Assembly: GCA_048772705.1 (NCBI GenBank)
Contig: JBLWGC010000141.1
Location: 1-64,000, forward strand
Direction of reading: 5' to 3'
DNA length: 64,000 nucleotides
DNA from: Leidyana gryllorum EB-2025a
Lineage: Eukaryota; Protista; Apicomplexa
The notes under the pieces were generated by a model. The model made no database searches. It had not been told where the DNA came from and saw only the letters and a list, made by a program, of their open reading frames with translations. Both the position numbers and the translations under genes were made by a program. This document shows, one piece after another, positions 33,324 through 45,917 of this stretch; position 1 is the stretch's first letter; each line of letters begins with the position of its first letter.

Positions 33324-33565
33324 AAATCTTTGAGCGAGGCTGTAGAGGTAGCGAAGCATCGACCAGGATGGGATGGAACAGCCACTCCTCAACTTCGGGT
33401 GGGACGGAATTTACTCGTGGAATATCTGATACCACCACTACAGTCAGATACGTTACCATCTAAGCACCCTGGGCCGTAAGAGTACTTCGGGGTGGCACAC
33501 CGCAGCCAGAACGACATCAGCTGAGACAAAATCTGAGTTGCAGCAGTTGTGAGGGGCTGGAACTG

Positions 33566-33637
33566 CTCCGAGACCGGGAATCGAACCCGGGTCTTCCGCG
33601 TGACAGGCGGAAATACTAACCACTATACTATCTCGGA
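33566..33637 (-). tRNA. trnD: tRNA-Asp(GTC)
   Basis: Intact. Confidence 0.93.
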
Positions 33638-33830
33638 CGCTCCGAACACACCGGCCTGAAACCCCAAAAGTGCTTCATCTTGAGATTCCAGGGATAGAAA
33701 ACGCGTGGAGCGGCGAGCCAACAACATCCCGGCAAGATGACCGAGTGGTCTGAGGCGCTGTGCTCAGACCGCAGTCCGAAAGGGCGAGGATCTGGGATTG
33801 AGCCTTCCGAAGCCCGGCGCAGTTGGACGG

Positions 33831-33909
33831 CCGGGGTAGCTCAGTTGGTCGAGCATCCGACTGTAGTGCTGGCATCAGATAGTCGGCGGTTCGATTCCGT
33901 CCCACCGGA
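33831..33909 (+). tRNA. trnY: tRNA-Tyr(GTA) with 7-nt intron, diverged
   Basis: Tyr body. Confidence 0.68.
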
Positions 33910-34782
33910 AGTAGAGGGTGATCGGCAAACTACTACTCAACCTGATGGACAGCGTTGATAGGCCAACTAGACTACTCCGGCGAGGGTTCCATCTATGTAG
34001 CTTGGATGGGCTGGGAATCGATCCCAGAACCTTTCGTATACTAAGCCACCGTCTCATCATCTGGGCTAGCCTCCCTTTGTGCCCACCTCATGGGATTGAG
34101 TAAGACTTCACATAGTGAGACGAGTCTCTCGACTGTACCCAGCGGGTTGAACCCCCGGCTAGGCGGCTGTTTGGTCTAGTGGTATAATCCTTCCTTAGGG
34201 TGGAGAGAGTCCTGAGTTCGATTCCCAGAACAGCCCTCTTGGTCGTCGGTTGACCCGACGGAACGAGGTCCCCTCTGAATCAACACAGCCACCTCGTTAG
34301 CCCACTTCGGTAGGGCAGTCAGCGCAACTAACCTCTCAAAAATCGCATTTCGGCTCCCTCTTCCATGTTGCAAACTAAGCAGTGTAGCTCAGTGAAGAGT
34401 GTTGGGCTCATAACCCAAAGGTCCGTCGATCGAAACGACGCACTGCTAAGTGTGCGCAGAAGGGAACAGTTGTAAGCCTTCTGCCCGAATCGAACCGACG
34501 ACCTTTCGCTTACTAAGCGGATGCTCTGCCACAAGCTAAGAAGGCAATGTTAACGGAAGTTACTGAAGCACATTGTTCCACCGGTCCAATGACTTCCACT
34601 GCTCCGCCCAACGGCAAATAGGGTGTAACTAAGTCTAGAGCTTCGTTTGCCGCCCTAGCTCAGTCCGTAGAGCGCAAGACTTTCAATGGAGAGACCGCGG
34701 GTTCGGACAGCGCGAGGAGTCCTAGTAAAGCTCGCTGAACCGTATGTGAAGCCACTGGCCGCAAAATGCCAAGTTCAACAGC

Positions 34783-34864
34783 GGCAACTTGCCCGAGTGG
34801 TTGAGGGGGTAGACTAGAAATCTACTGGGCCTGGCCCGCGCTGGTTCAAATCCAGCAGTTGTCG
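34783..34864 (+). tRNA. trnS: tRNA-Ser(AGA)
   Basis: Ser body. Confidence 0.88.
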
Positions 34865-35260
34865 TGTGGTGCGATCATCGTAGTAGGCGGCTGGGCTCAA
34901 AACACCAGCAATACATGCTAGAGATTGCAGTGGCGACGCAGAGGCATCAAGTAAGTGAATAGGTGCCATCTGTCGTCGCAGAAGTGGTCGCGTGGCTCAG
35001 TCGGTTGGAGCGTGAGCCTAATAAGCTCAAGGTCCCCGGTTTGAGCCCGGGCGTGACCAAGTGAGTGGATCTTTGATAAAGAGTTGCCAATACGAAAGGA
35101 ACTTTTTACCAAGTCCAAGCTTCCTTGCCGCGCCAGCTCCGTCGGTAGAGCGCAAGACTTTCAATGGAGAGACCGCGGGTTCGGACAGCGCGAGCGGTCC
35201 GAGTCAAGCTGCTGAACCGTATGTGAAGCCACTGCCTGCGGCATGCCGAGTTCTACCGTT

Positions 35261-35342
35261 GGCAACTTGCCCGAGTGGTTAAGGGGGTAGACTCGAAATC
35301 TACTGGGCCTGGCCCGCGCTGGTTCAAATCCAGCAGTTGTCG
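35261..35342 (+). tRNA. trnS: tRNA-Ser(CGA)
   Basis: Intact. Confidence 0.92.
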
Positions 35343-36175
35343 TGCGATGTGGTGGAAATGATGCAATTCCCAGCATCAAAAACTCATATGGGTCGAGACA
35401 GGGAATGCCTCCTTAGCTTAGGGGCAGAGCATTCGCTTTGTAAGCGAAAGGTCGCTGTTCGATTCCGGCAGGAGGCTTCAGTCATTAGCCTAAACATGGT
35501 TGCGATCCTCTGCCCGCATTTCGGACGGCGGCTTGCACACAGCACTCGGCCATCTTGCCGGAGTGTTCTTGGCTCGCCGTTCCACCCATTTCCTCTCGGT
35601 GAAATCTCAAAATGCGAGGACTTCTGGGGTTGGAGGCCGGCGAGTTTACTAGCGCCCGAGATAGTATAGTGGTCAGTATTTCCGCCTGTCACGCGGCATA
35701 CCCTGGTTCGATTCCCGGTCTCGGGGCACAGATGGCTTCGCTGAAGATTCTCTCTTTTAGTTCTCGCTGAACGTCGCGAGCTACAGCCACCGAGGACCGA
35801 ACTCGGGACCTTTTGGGTGTTGAGCAGACGTCGTAACCACTAAACCGTTGACTGCATGAATGGGCCCCGCAGCCCAAGAGGAGTGGCGAAGTTTTACGGA
35901 GCAGTGAAGACCAGTTCCAAGGTCGCGCCGGAAATCGAACCCAGGTCGGGAGATTCAGAGTCTCCAGTGCTAACCACTCACCACGCAACCGCTTCAGCCC
36001 ATCCCTGAAGAGTCGGTAGAACTATCCGGACTAGCCCTTTCTCAAATGAACACACGCAACACGAGTCTCTCTACTGACCGCTGAAATAATTAATTGGCTC
36101 CTGTATATAGCGCCCAGCGTAGAGCGTTCTATTTGAGTCGGACAATCATTGAAGCACGCTCTCCGCGAATGCTAC

Positions 36176-36257
36176 CGACAAGGGTGAGATTCGAACTCAC
36201 GCGGGTGAAACCCAACGGCTTAGCAGGCCGCTGCCTTAACCACTCGGCCACCTTGCC
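36176..36257 (-). tRNA. trnS: tRNA-Ser(GCT)
   Basis: Ser body. Confidence 0.88.
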
Positions 36258-36593
36258 AAGGGTGTAATTGATCATACCTTTCGTCGGGAATCCCGTGCAA
36301 ACTGTTAGTGATGTGGGTATAGCCCATTCTAAATGTCAGTATTTGGCTCTGGAATGACTGTTTGGCGGGGTGGAGGAAGGCCAATCGTGGTGGTTTTGCG
36401 GAGCACATCAGTCGGCTAGTTGGTCCAGTGAGTGTTTACCTCAACTCTGCCTATTTTCGGTCACTTAAAGGGTGAGCCTGATAAGTTCCAAGTTCGCGGT
36501 CAAGCGCCGGCCCAACTGGGCGGGTGTGTTGTTGATGGAGCATCCCTCTGCACCCTTTTGACAGGAAGAGATGCATCGAGAGAAGTTTCACGA

Positions 36594-36666
36594 GGGAGTG
36601 TAGCGCAGTCGGTAGCGCCTAGGTCTCATAATCCTGAAGTCGAGAGTTCAATCCTCCCCACTCCCA
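36594..36666 (+). tRNA. trnM: elongator tRNA-Met(CAT)
   Basis: Met body. Confidence 0.8.
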
Positions 36667-36812
36667 CGGTCGGCATCGGAAGCGCCGACTAACTCGTACG
36701 GGGCGCCACCTGAGAAGAGTGGATTCCAGCTGTCCGCTAGTGTCTGAGATGTTTGAGTCCAGCTGAGGTGGGATCCAGCATCCGGGTCGGTGCCATCTGT
36801 CGTGGCAGAAGT

Positions 36813-36886
36813 GGTCGCGTAGCTCAGTCGGTCAGAGCGTGAGCCTAATAAGCTCAAGGTCCCCGGTTCGAGCCCGGGCGTGACCA
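36813..36886 (+). tRNA. trnI: tRNA-Ile(AAT)
   Basis: Intact. Confidence 0.92.
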
Positions 36887-37236
36887 AGTGAGTGGATCTT
36901 CGATAAAGAGTCGCCCTGGACTCCAGCAACCCCCAACATTCTGCGACCAATACGAAAGGTACGTGTTATAAAGTCCTCACTTCCCTGCCGCGCCAGCTCC
37001 GTCGGTAGAGCGCCAGACTTTCAATGGAGAGACCGCGGGTTCGGGCAGCGCCAGCAGTCCGAGTCAAGCTTGCTGAACCGTATGTGAAGCCACTGGCCGC
37101 TAAATGCCGAGTTCGACAGGTGGCAACTTGCCCGAGTGTTCAAGGGGTAGACTAGAAATCTACTGGGCCTGGCCAACGAGGTGGCTGTGTTGGTTCTGGG
37201 GGCAACTTGTCCCGTCGGATCCACTGACGACCAATA

Positions 37237-37308
37237 GGGCTGTTCTGGGAATCGAACCCAGAACTTCTTCCACCCGAAGGAAGAATCATACCACTAGACC
37301 AAACAGCC
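37237..37308 (-). tRNA. trnP: tRNA-Pro(CGG)
   Basis: Pro body. Confidence 0.87.
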
Positions 37309-37533
37309 GCTAGCCGGTGGTTCAACCAGCTGGGCAAAGTCGAGAGACTCGTCTCACTACGTGAAGTATCACTCAATGCCACGAGGTAGGCTAACCCAGA
37401 TGACGAAACGGTGGCTTACTATACGAAAGGTACTGGGATCGATTCCCAGCCCATCCGAGTTACATCGATGGAATGTTCGCCGGAGTAGTCTACTTGGCCT
37501 ATCAACGCTGTCTGCCGAAACCACATTGCTACT

Positions 37534-37613
37534 TCCGGTGGGACGGAATCGAACCGCCGACTATCTGATGCCAGCACTACAGTCAGATGCTCTACCAACT
37601 GAGCTACCCCCGG
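37534..37613 (-). tRNA. trnY: tRNA-Tyr(GTA) with 7-nt intron
   Basis: Matches the 17361 copy. Confidence 0.88.
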
Positions 37614-38650
37614 CCGTCCAACTGCTCCGGGGTTCGAAAGGCTCAACCCCAGATCCTCACCCTGTCGCACTGCGGTCTGAGCACAGCGCCTTAGACAAAT
37701 CGACCATCTTGCCGGGATGTTGTTGGCTCGCCGCTCCACGCGTTTTCTGTGCTTGGAATCTCATAATGGAAGAACTTTTGGGTTGGAGGCCGGCGTGTTC
37801 AGTGCATTTGAGATAGTATAGTGGTTAGTATTTCCGCCTGTCACTCGGAAGACCCGGGTTCGATTCCCGGTCCGAGCAGTTCCAGCCCCTCAAAACTGCT
37901 GCAACTCAGATTTTGTCTCAGCTGGTCTGGACTTCATTCGGGATTGTACGAGTGGGAGCCGCGTATAGTAGCCGACCTTGGAGAGACGTGGCATTGAACC
38001 CAGGACTTCTTCCAGCCGAAGAAAGAATCATGTAACTAGACCAAACAGCCCCCTGTGGGTGCCTCAGCCGGGAATCGAGCCTGGCTTCGCACGGCCACAA
38101 CTTGCTGTCCCAACCACTAGACGACTCGGACAATCTGCAAGTAGCTATCAAGGCAGTGGGGCATCAATCAGGATGAAATATAACAGGAGCGTTAGATGCT
38201 CTCTAAATGAGCTACTCCAGGCCGTCCAACTTCTGTGAGGCTCATCGGATACGTGTTTCGAAAGACATACGCCCCGTTCACGGCCCGGAAGCTCCGTACA
38301 GCCATGGTCTACTGCTTACGACGTCTGCTTCACACGCAGGAAAGAAAATCCCAAGTTCTATCCTGACAAGGATGGGATTTGGATCCACGCCCATTCGGCG
38401 CTGCGCCGTCACATATGTCCCTGCGAGTGCTACAGCTGTCCGCCAGTGTCTGATTGGCACTAAATCATGTATGTCTATGTCCTCTGCATCTAGCGGGAAT
38501 CGAACGCGGGTCGTCTCGATGGCAACGAGACATTCTACCACTAGACCACAGATGCATCACTCGTTGTTGTTCAAGCTCGTGCACAATAACGGCCGTTTTG
38601 CTTCAAATGAGAAAAAAAAACGAGTTGAGCGAGTATGACGGGTATTTTGT

Positions 38651-38722
38651 GGGTACGTAGCTCAGTGGTAGAGCAGCTGACTGCAGATCAGCAAGTCCGT
38701 GGTTCAACTCCGCGCGTGCCCT
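38651..38722 (+). tRNA. trnC: tRNA-Cys(GCA)
   Basis: Intact. Confidence 0.9.
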
Positions 38723-39320
38723 GAAGATGGTTTGGAACGATCGGAGATGTTGGACCACAAGGCAATGAGTCTGGAGCGGGGGATGGTTTTGGGCCTATGG
38801 CGCAACGTAGCGCGTCTGACTCCAGATCAGAAGGTTGGGTTTTCGAATCACTCTGGGCTCAATCAGACTATTTGTTTTTCCCGTGTGAGGCGCTACCTGA
38901 AAAGAGTGGGATTTGGACCCACGTCCTCTCGGAGTGCGACTTAAAAACAGCGCCTTAGACCCCTCAGCCATCTTACCAGCTCGGTTTCTGTCCCGCCACT
39001 TCAAGCGTTCCCTGTCTGTTTGAAGCTAGAGAATGGAAAGGCTGGGCTCTAACGTTGGGGGTCACGCGCCTCCGACATGGTATCAAAGAGTAGTCCCGCC
39101 TGCCACGCGAACGACCTGTGGGTACCAGCTGTGGGAGCGGAGCCACTTCAAATGTCAGGCTATCGGGCTTTGTGTCCTTGCATTCCTGCCGCCCTAGCTC
39201 AGTCGGTAGAGCGCAAGACTCTTAATCATTCAGTCGCGGGTTCGAGCCCCGCGGGCGGTGTGGATCTATTTCCATGGGAGTAAGAATGGAACTGTTGCCT
39301 ACAAGCACACTCAGCTGGAT

Positions 39321-39393
39321 TTCCACTGCCGGGACTTGAACCCGGATCGTGCGGGTGAGAGCCGCATATCCTAGCCACTTAGACTACAGTGGA
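39321..39393 (-). tRNA. trnE: tRNA-Glu(CTC)
   Basis: Intact. Confidence 0.92.
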
Positions 39394-39509
39394 CAACTTC
39401 CTCAGCTGCAGCTTTAGCCGAGAGCCGTACCTCTTGACAAGACGTGGTTGCAGAATCCTGTGGTAGAAAAAGAAGGATCTCTATACTAACCTCTGAACCA
39501 TTGTAGCTG

Positions 39510-39582
39510 GGTCTCGTAGCTCAGTCGGCAGAGCGTGTGGCTGTTAACCACAAAGTCGCAGGTTCGAAACCTTCCAGGACCG
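39510..39582 (+). tRNA. trnN: tRNA-Asn(GTT)
   Basis: Asn body. Confidence 0.8.
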
Positions 39583-40055
39583 GTTTCAGAGGCACACTAA
39601 ACACTGAGTGCGCTGGTGTGCCAATGGCACTTGTGGTCTGCGACCCTTCAAAGATGGAATTTTGTTTGGATCCCGCCACGTGCAGCCGTACGAACTTTGG
39701 ACGACCTGGGCATCGATCCCAGTACCTCTTGCAGGCTAAGCGAGCGCTTCACCATTTGAGCTAGTCCCCCGCTGTGAAGACCCCATCGCATTTAGTGGTA
39801 CTTCACATAGTATGACCACTCTCTCGAGTGTACCCAGCGGGTTGCACGACCGACAGGCGGCTGTTTGGTCTAGTGGTATGATCCTTCCTTAGGGTGGGAG
39901 GAGTCCTGGGTTTGATTCCCAGAACAGCCCTCTGGGTTGTCGGTTGACCCGATGGGATAAGCAGTTTTAGAAGTAACACAGCCACCGCGTCGACACTCAA
40001 GGCAATTAACATCTCAAGAATTGCATTTCGGCTACCTCTTCCATGTTGCAGACTA

Positions 40056-40127
40056 AGCAGTGCAGCTCAGCGGAAGAGTGTTGGGCTCACAACCCAAAGG
40101 TCAGTCGATCGAAACGACTCACTGCTA
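40056..40127 (+). pseudogene. Initiator-Met body with CAC anticodon
   Basis: GGG-CTCACAA-CCC; C8 variant. Confidence 0.65.
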
Positions 40128-40175
40128 AGTGTGCGCAAAAGGGAAACAGTCTAGAATAGATCGGCTCGTGACCAA

Positions 40176-40247
40176 AGCCTTCTGCCGGAATCGAACCGGC
40201 GACCTTTCGCTTACTAAGCGAATGCTCTGCCCCTAAGCTAAGAAGGC
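40176..40247 (-). tRNA. trnT: tRNA-Thr(AGT)
   Basis: Intact. Confidence 0.92.
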
Positions 40248-40315
40248 AATGCAAGCCGAAGATCACGAATGAGTCACTGTTGACGGGGATTACTGGAGCA
40301 CTTCGCTCAAGTAGC

Positions 40316-40388
40316 TTCCACTGCCGGGACTTGAACCCGGATCATGCGGGTGAGAGCCGCATATCCTAGCCACTTAGACTACAGTGGA
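40316..40388 (-). tRNA. trnE: tRNA-Glu(CTC)
   Basis: Intact. Confidence 0.9.
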
Positions 40389-41431
40389 CAAGTGCCCGAG
40401 TTGAGGCTTTGGGCGAGACCCGTACCATCTTGGGATGAGGTGGAGCGTCGGTGTCAACCTGTCCATCAGTGAAATGAGGGGACCACCTCCCAATACAGGC
40501 TGACAAGCGTGGGATTCCAGCCCACGCGATTTAGAAGTGCGGCCTGAACACAGCGCTTCAGACCACTCGGCCATGTCGAGTAAGTGGTCATACTATGTTG
40601 AGAACCAACACATGCGACGGGTCCGCATAACAAAAAGGAGGGTCTTTTGGGGTTGGAGGCCGGCTTGTTCAGAGCGTCCGAGATAGTATAGTGGTTAGTA
40701 TTTCCGCCTGTCACGCGGAAGACCCGGCTTCCATTCCCGGTCTCGGAGCACAGTTGGTTCCGCTGAAGATTGTCTCCTGTGGTTGCCGCTAAAAGTTGCG
40801 AGCTGCCACCGAGGATCGGACTCGGGACCTTCTGCGTGTGAAGCAGACGTCGTAACCACTAGACCATGGCTGCACGGCTGTTCCCGCAGACCAAAGCAAT
40901 GGCGAGGTTTTACGAAGTAGTGAGGACTAGTTCCAAGGTCGCGAAGGCAATCGAACCCAAGTCGGGAGATTCAAAGTCTCCAGTACTAACCACTACACCA
41001 CGAATCAGCCCTTCTTCAAGAGTTGATTGAGCCATCCGGACCGGAGCTTCCCCACACATGCAAAACGGGTTTTTCTACTAACCTCCAAATATTCAACTGG
41101 CTCTCGTAGCGCAGTCGGCAAAGCGTGTGATTGTTAAATACCAAGTCGCAGGTCCGCGGTCTACGGCATCCTGGACCATTGCGATGCCAAAGTCGATCCA
41201 AGGGCTACAGGGCACCCTTCATAGGTCGTAACTCGTGGCTAAATACCGGCAGGTGCCGTCGTACGAAGTTTGGACGACCTGGGCATCGATTCCAGTACCT
41301 CCCGCATGCTAAGCGAGCGCTCTACCATTTGAGCTAGTCGCCCGCTGTGCAGACCGCATCGCATTTCTTGGTTCTCGACATAGTATGACCACTCTCTCGA
41401 CTGCACCCAACGGATTGCACCACCGACAGGC

Positions 41432-41503
41432 GGCTGTTTGGTCTAGTGGTATGATTCTTCCTTCGGGTGGAAGAAGTCCTGGGTTCGATTCCCAGAACAG
41501 CCC
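41432..41503 (+). tRNA. trnP: tRNA-Pro(CGG)
   Basis: Intact. Confidence 0.92.
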
Positions 41504-41579
41504 GCTTTGTTGTATCTTGACCCAACCTGCCTGGCAGCATGGTTCTGTGTTCGGGTGATTCCTCGGAGAAAGTTGGAGG

Positions 41580-41652
41580 GGGAGTGTAGCGCAGTCGGTA
41601 GCGCGTAGGTCTCATAATCCTGAATTCGAGAGTTCGATCCTCTCCACTCCCA
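41580..41652 (+). tRNA. trnM: elongator tRNA-Met(CAT)
   Basis: Intact. Confidence 0.9.
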
Positions 41653-41980
41653 CGGTCGGAATTGAAACCGCCGACAAACTCATCATGCTATCGTTTTGCA
41701 TCTGTCGGGAATCGCACACAGGTTATCTCGATGGCAGCGAGCGACTCTTCCACTAGACCACAGATGCAGAACACGATCTTGTGAATCTTGCGCGTGGTGA
41801 CAGCCATTCCTCTTAAGCCTATCGATGCATCAAAGCCTTCTGCCGGAATCGAACCGGCGACTTCTCGCTGACGAAGCGAACGCTCCGCCCCTAAGCTGAG
41901 AAGGCAATGTAAGCCGGGTATGACGAAAAAGCGCTATCGACGGAGATTAGTGGAGCACTTTGCTCAAGTATTTAAATGAC

Positions 41981-42053
41981 TTCCACTGCCGGGACTTGAA
42001 CCTGGATCGTGCGGGTGAAAGCCGCATATCCTAGCCACTTAGACTACAGTGGA
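41981..42053 (-). tRNA. trnE: tRNA-Glu(TTC)
   Basis: Glu body. Confidence 0.82.
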
Positions 42054-42382
42054 CAACTTCTTCAGCTGCAGCTTTGGACGAAAGCCGTACCATCTCGAGA
42101 TGAGATCTTTTTGCACTTCCCCAGATTTGAAACCGCCTCGTATCGAGCGCGCGTCGTCTCAATGACACGGAAACATTGGAGCCCTTGACCGCATTTATTT
42201 CCAGTCCCAATGGCTTCACTCACTCTTTTGAATCTTGGTCGTGAATGGTTCCGTGTTGTAGTGGTTAGCACTGGAGACTTTGAATCTCCCGACCTCGGTT
42301 CGATTCCCGGCGCGACCTCGCAACTAGTCATCACTACGTCTTGAAACTTCGCAACTTCTCTTGGTCTGCGGAAAGCTTTCAT

Positions 42383-42455
42383 GCAGCCATGGTCTAGTGG
42401 TTACGACGTCTGCTTAACACGCAGAAGGTCCCGAGTTCGATCCTCGGTGGCTGTA
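42383..42455 (+). tRNA. trnV: tRNA-Val(AAC)
   Basis: Intact. Confidence 0.92.
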
Positions 42456-42615
42456 GCTGGAACATGTGAAGTGAGCTCCACCCAAAGCGAGGAAACGTGC
42501 TGTCTTCGAGACAGGGCATCGAACCCGCGTCTTCCGCGTCTTCAACCCTAGAAGTCTTCCTTCTCGAGAACTTCACGGACAAAAACCGCGTGGAGCGACG
42601 AACCAACAAGACTGC

Positions 42616-42695
42616 GGCAAGATGGCCGAGTGGTCTAAGGCGCTGTGTTCAGGCCGCAGTCCGAAAGGGCGTGGGTTCGAATCCCACTCTTGTCA
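42616..42695 (+). tRNA. trnL: tRNA-Leu(CAG)
   Basis: Intact. Confidence 0.93.
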
Positions 42696-42759
42696 GCCGT
42701 TGAATAGGCAGTCGGTCCCCTAAGTTCACTGATAGACCGTCGTTCAAGCTACATACGGC

Positions 42760-42830
42760 TGCACCTGCCGGGACTCGAACCCGGGTTACGACCTTGGAAG
42801 GGTCGCATCTTACCCTTAGACCACAAGTGC
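42760..42830 (-). tRNA. trnG: tRNA-Gly(TCC)
   Basis: Intact. Confidence 0.92.
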
Positions 42831-43053
42831 AATTGCGAAAGAGCCGCAGCACCCCGAGAGATTCGGGCGATTTCTGCGTCGAGCTGTCTGCAACCTACAA
42901 AAAACGGACTGTTCGGGAATCGAATCGAACACTCCCCCAGGCGAGGGAAGAATATACAACTAGCACTTCAACTCGACATGGGCGGCAGTGGGTCCCCATA
43001 CAGCTAGCAAGCTTGCCTCGGCCAAAACGGAACGGATTCCGAGTGAGAGGCTG

Positions 43054-43126
43054 TGGTGCGGATGGGACTCGAACCCACAACTCCCGGTTCCGAAGACCGA
43101 TGCCCTATCCATCAGGCCACCGCACC
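43054..43126 (-). tRNA. trnR: tRNA-Arg(TCG)
   Basis: CTTCGGA loop. Confidence 0.87.
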
Positions 43127-43633
43127 ATGGATAAGCTTCGGTCATCTCGATACTGGTTGGGTGAAAGGAGTATTTGATCTCAAAACCTCCCCCAAACCGT
43201 TGTTAAAAGTGCAGCGAGTAAGACATGTCGCTGGCAACCTCGGGGCGGCACGGACGCGGCGCATTCTGATACTCGATGTGACGACCTCTTTGCCTCGCCG
43301 GCGGATCGAACACGGAACTTCCAAGTCTTGTCTAGCGCTCTCTAACTGAGCTTCCTGCGCGCGAGAAAGTCATGGAGCGCGGTGAAGATGAGTGACCCAC
43401 CGCATGTGCGAGCCAGTCTTGCCAAACCGTATGTGAAGCCGCTGGCCGCAAAATGCCGAGCTCGACAGATGGCAACTGGCCCGAGTGCTCAAGGTCTGAG
43501 TATGCACGCGGTCGGCCTCAATGTGGCGCCTGACTTTGCCAGCCTGTAACCCTGCACACCCCATAGCATTTGGTTCTTGACATGTTATGACCAGTCTCCC
43601 GACTCTACCAGCAATTTGCACCACCGATCAGTC

Positions 43634-43705
43634 GGCTGTTTGGTCTAGTGGTATGATCCTTCCTTAGGGTGGAAGGAGTCCTGGGTTCGATTCCCAGAAC
43701 AGCCC
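43634..43705 (+). tRNA. trnP: tRNA-Pro(AGG)
   Basis: Intact. Confidence 0.92.
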
Positions 43706-43892
43706 TCTTGGTCGTCGGTTACCCGACGGGACAAGTTGCCTTCAGAACCAACACAGCCACCTCGTTAGTCCACCTCCGTAGGGCAGTCACGGCAACTAAC
43801 ATCTAGAGAATCGCATTTCGGCTAAGTCGACGACCTTGGAAAGGGGTTCCAAGAGCACAAATGCCGTCTAGAGAGTACGGTGCCGCATAACC

Positions 43893-43965
43893 CGGTCCTG
43901 GCAGGTTTCGAACCTGCGACTTTGTGGTTAACAGCCACACGCTCTGCCGACTGAGCTACAAGACC
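43893..43965 (-). tRNA. trnN: tRNA-Asn(GTT)
   Basis: Intact. Confidence 0.92.
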
Positions 43966-44731
43966 CAGCTACAATGTTTCAGAGGTTAGTATAGAGATCC
44001 TCCCTTATTCTACCGCAGGTTTCTGCAATCACGTCTTGTCAAGAGGGTACGGCTCTCGGCTAAAGCTGCAGCTGAGGGAGTTGTCCACTGTAGTCTAAGT
44101 GGCTAGGATATGCGGCTCTCACCCGCACGATCCGGCTTCAAGTCCCGGCAGTGGAAATCCAGCTGAGTGTGCTTGTAGGCAACAGTTCCATTCTTACTCC
44201 CACGGAAATAGATCCACACTGCCCGCGGGGCTCGAACCCGCGACTGCAAGATTAAAAGTCCTGTGCTCTACCGACTGAGCTAGGGCGGCAGGAATGCAAG
44301 GACACAAAACCCGATAGCCTGACATGTGAAGTGGCTTTGGTACCCACCGCATCGTTGGCGTGGCAGGCGGAAATATAAGTTTCATACCATGTCGGAGGCG
44401 CGTGACCCCCCCAACCTTAGAGCCCAGCCTTTCCATTCTCTAGCTTCAACAGACAGGGGACGCTTGGTGTGGCGGGACAGAAACCGAGCTGGCAAGATGG
44501 CGGAGGGGACTAAGGCGCTGTATTCAAGTCGCAGCTCGAAAGGGCCACTCTTGTCAGGTTGCGCCTCATATGGGAAGAACAAAGAGTCTGATTGAGCCCA
44601 GAGTGATTCGAACAGATCTGGAGTCAGACGCGCAACTTTGCGCCATAGCCCAAAACCCTCCCCCGCTCCAGACTCATCGGCTTGTGGTCAGGAATGTTGT
44701 CTAACATCTTCGAACGATTCAGCCCATCTTC

Positions 44732-44803
44732 AGGGCACGCGCGGAGTTGAACCACGGACTTGCTGATCTGCAGTCAGCTGCTCTACCACTGAGCTACGTA
44801 CCC
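44732..44803 (-). tRNA. trnC: tRNA-Cys(GCA)
   Basis: Intact. Confidence 0.9.
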
Positions 44804-45019
44804 AGAACTGCCCCTCATACTCGCTCAACTCGATTCTGTCTCCTCATTCATGGTCCAGTGATTGTTTACCTCAACTCTGCGTAATCTCGGTCAGTTAAAT
44901 GGTGAGCCTAATAAGTCCAAGTTTACGGTTGACCCGGCCCGACCAGGCGGGTGTGTTGTGGATACAGCATCACGTGCACCCTTTTGACAGCAGGAGATGC
45001 ATCGAGAGAAGTTTCACTA

Positions 45020-45092
45020 GGGAGTGTAGCGCAGTCGGTAGCGCGTAGGTCTCATAATCTTGAAGTCGAGAGTTCGATCCTCTCCACTCCCA
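45020..45092 (+). tRNA. trnM: elongator tRNA-Met(CAT)
   Basis: Met body. Confidence 0.88.
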
Positions 45093-45382
45093 CGGTCGGA
45101 ATCGGAACCGCCGACAAACTCATCATGCTATCATTTTGCACCCGTCGATTCCACTAGACCACAGATGCAGAACACAATCTTGTGAATCTTGTACGTGGTG
45201 ACAGCCATTCCTTATAAGCCTATCGATGCATCAAAGCCTTCTGCCGGAATCGAGCCGGCGCCTTCTCGCTTACGAAGCAAACGCTCTGCCCCTAAGCTTC
45301 GAAGGCAATGTAAGTTGGAGATAACGAAACGATGGCTACTGACGGAGATTAGTGGAGCACTTTGCTCGAGTACTTCAATGGC

Positions 45383-45455
45383 TTCCACTGCCGGGACTTG
45401 AACCCGGATCGTGCGGGTGAGAGCCGCATATCCTAGCCACTTAGACTACAGTGGA
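45383..45455 (-). tRNA. trnE: tRNA-Glu(CTC)
   Basis: Intact. Confidence 0.92.
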
Positions 45456-45687
45456 CAAGTGCTCGAGTTTAGGCTTCGGCCGAGAGCCGAACCGTCTCGG
45501 AAAGATTCCACCATCAATACGACTGGAATTTGTTACTAAGTCCGAGCTTTCTTGCCGCCCCAACTCCTTCGGTAGAGCGCAAGACTTTTGAAGGGAGAAC
45601 CGCGGGTTCGGGCGGCGCGAGCAGTCCTAGTAAAGCTTGCTGAACCGTATGTGAAGCCACTGGCTGCAAAATGCCAAGTTCGACAGC

Positions 45688-45769
45688 GGCAACTTGCCCG
45701 AGTGGTTAACGGGGTAGACTAGAAATCTACTGGGCCGGGCCCGCGCTGGTTCAAATCCAGCAGTTGTCG
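45688..45769 (+). tRNA. trnS: tRNA-Ser(AGA)
   Basis: Ser body. Confidence 0.85.
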
Positions 45770-45846
45770 TGCGATGTGGTTGGAGGGTTAAACACCAACT
45801 GACGCATGAATTTTCTGGAATGATGGAAAAACAACAATGTGTCCTC

Positions 45847-45917
45847 TGCATCTGCCGGGAATCGAACCCGGGTCGTCTCGATGGCAATGAGACATTCTAC
45901 CACTAGACCACAGATGC
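45847..45917 (-). tRNA. trnG: tRNA-Gly(GCC)
   Basis: Gly body. Confidence 0.82.

Larger units (their letters stand above)
33675..39735 (-). repeat. Right arm of large inverted duplication (with ~478-bp extra module)
   Basis: Reverse complement of ~15240-20820. Confidence 0.9.
40255..44155 (+). repeat. Direct segmental duplication, copy 1 (copy 2 at ~49800-53920)
   Basis: Matching ORF-track peptides at offsets ~9544 and 9766. Confidence 0.88.
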
